From the NCBI RefSeq assembly GCF_009914755.1, contig NC_060936.1: a stretch of DNA of 64,000 bases; one strand, written 5' to 3'. The position numbers were made by a program, and so were the translations under genes. How positions within the stretch are numbered: position 1 is the stretch's first letter; every line of letters starts with the position of its first letter. This stretch comes from the human T2T-CHM13v2.0 reference genome, Homo sapiens. Below the pieces are notes generated by a model. The model made no database searches, was not told the DNA's origin, and worked only from the letters and a program-made list of their open reading frames with translations. Of this stretch, positions 61,529-64,000 are shown in pieces.

Positions 61529-61799
61529 TTAACATTTTCAACTCTGTGAGAGACCCCATTCTTCATGAAATGGAGTGATTCGTAGCTGTTATCGAAGCGT
61601 GAAATCTGAATTTCATGCTGTGAGAATCTGCAAGAGTGACTCAGATAACTGGTGAGGGAGGCTGTGGGGTACATTGCAAAGGCCTTGTAGGGAGGGAGAC
61701 AGACTTGAGATCAAATCCTGGCTCTGACACTTACTGAGTGATCTTGGACGAATCACTTAACCTCTAAACTCCTGGCTCTCCTCTATAAAATGAAGGGCA

Positions 61800-62105
<306 letters not shown>

Positions 62106-62564
62106 ATGAGGGGCAATTCCTACCAAACAGAGCATATGGAGAGACCCGGTAAATGATGGCCAGCCTTGTCATTATGCTGCTATGATCACGAGGTGCCCTT
62201 GGAGACAGCAGGAGGTATGAATGAGGAAACTCGGCACTGGGGCTGGACCCAGAGTGTTGGAGGCGGGTTGCTCAGGCTACTAAGGCAGTTTGGGGTGCAC
62301 TAGTGAGGAAAGAGCTGGCAGCAGGCCAAAGTCCAGGAATGGGCAGGAAAGGGTACAATTAGAGATCTTGGAGAAAGGACTAAGCACCGGCCGTTGCAAC
62401 CATCTACAGACTCACTGGGACATGTCTTGAAGATTTTCAAGCCCGGTAAAATTTCTGTATTTGAGCACTACCCCTAGAAAGTCTTGGTAATTTCAGGATT
62501 TACGATAAAATCTTTCCAATGACCTGGCCTCTCAGTTTTTTGACCTCCTCACTCACTCCTGTGG

Positions 62565-63160
<596 letters not shown>

Positions 63161-63216
63161 TCCCAGACTTTTTTTTTTACTACTTCACTCCAGTTTTAGA
63201 GATTGAGATGTTGATG

Positions 63217-63330
63217 GGAGCCAGGTGCACTGGTGTACACTACAAAGGTGCACCTGTAGTCCCAGACCCTCAGGAGGCTGAGGCAGGAGGGCCACTTGAA
63301 CCCAGGGGTTTGAGACCCCATCTCTACATT
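63217..63330 (+). mobile_element. Alu monomer fragment
   Basis: cacctgtagtcccag...ggaggctgaggcaggagg. Confidence 0.7.
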
Positions 63331-63601
63331 TAAACTTTTTAAATTTTTTAAATGTTGAGGAGAAACCAGCAATGAAGACTGAGATGAAGTAGCCAATAAA
63401 GTAGAAAAAAGAGACCCTTCATTAGCTCAATCCAAGCATCACAGTCTCCAATCCCTTTCTGTCATTCGAACTCACTCCAGTCCTACCCTACCCAAAACCT
63501 CTCATCCACTGACCTTACCACCTTCTCCTTGTCTCTCACATCCTCCTGATGTCACTTCCCCTTTATCTGATTTAGATTACATAGGGCATAATAATCTATT
63601 A

Positions 63602-64000
<399 letters not shown>

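Overview
Human (primate) genomic DNA containing the complete CD9 tetraspanin gene on the + strand (12p13 by established knowledge). Eight coding exons (8110-8175, 33041-33149, 40247-40344, 41027-41101, 42844-42942, 43091-43180, 43807-43890, 45378-45443) join through GT-AG introns into 687 nt, i.e. 228 aa plus stop. The gene has a CpG-island promoter, a 24.9 kb first intron and a GU-rich 3' UTR with AATAAA at 45855. The rest is non-coding: about 47 Alu elements or fragments, a MER9 solo LTR with a perfect 6-bp TSD, a MER4-family LTR carrying two Alus at one site, and older L1, L2, L3, MIR, MaLR and hAT remnants. I see no second protein-coding gene and no convincing new multi-gene system; the other ORF-track entries are Alu, GC-rich or antisense shadows. 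The best second-look items are an Alu with two fold-back hairpins (35863-36195), a non-Alu inverted duplication of about 82% identity (52360-52484 vs 56611-56743), possible CD9 isoforms, and compact transcription-factor motif clusters in intron 1. Repeat names come from recalled consensus sequences, not a database search, and repeat ends are approximate.
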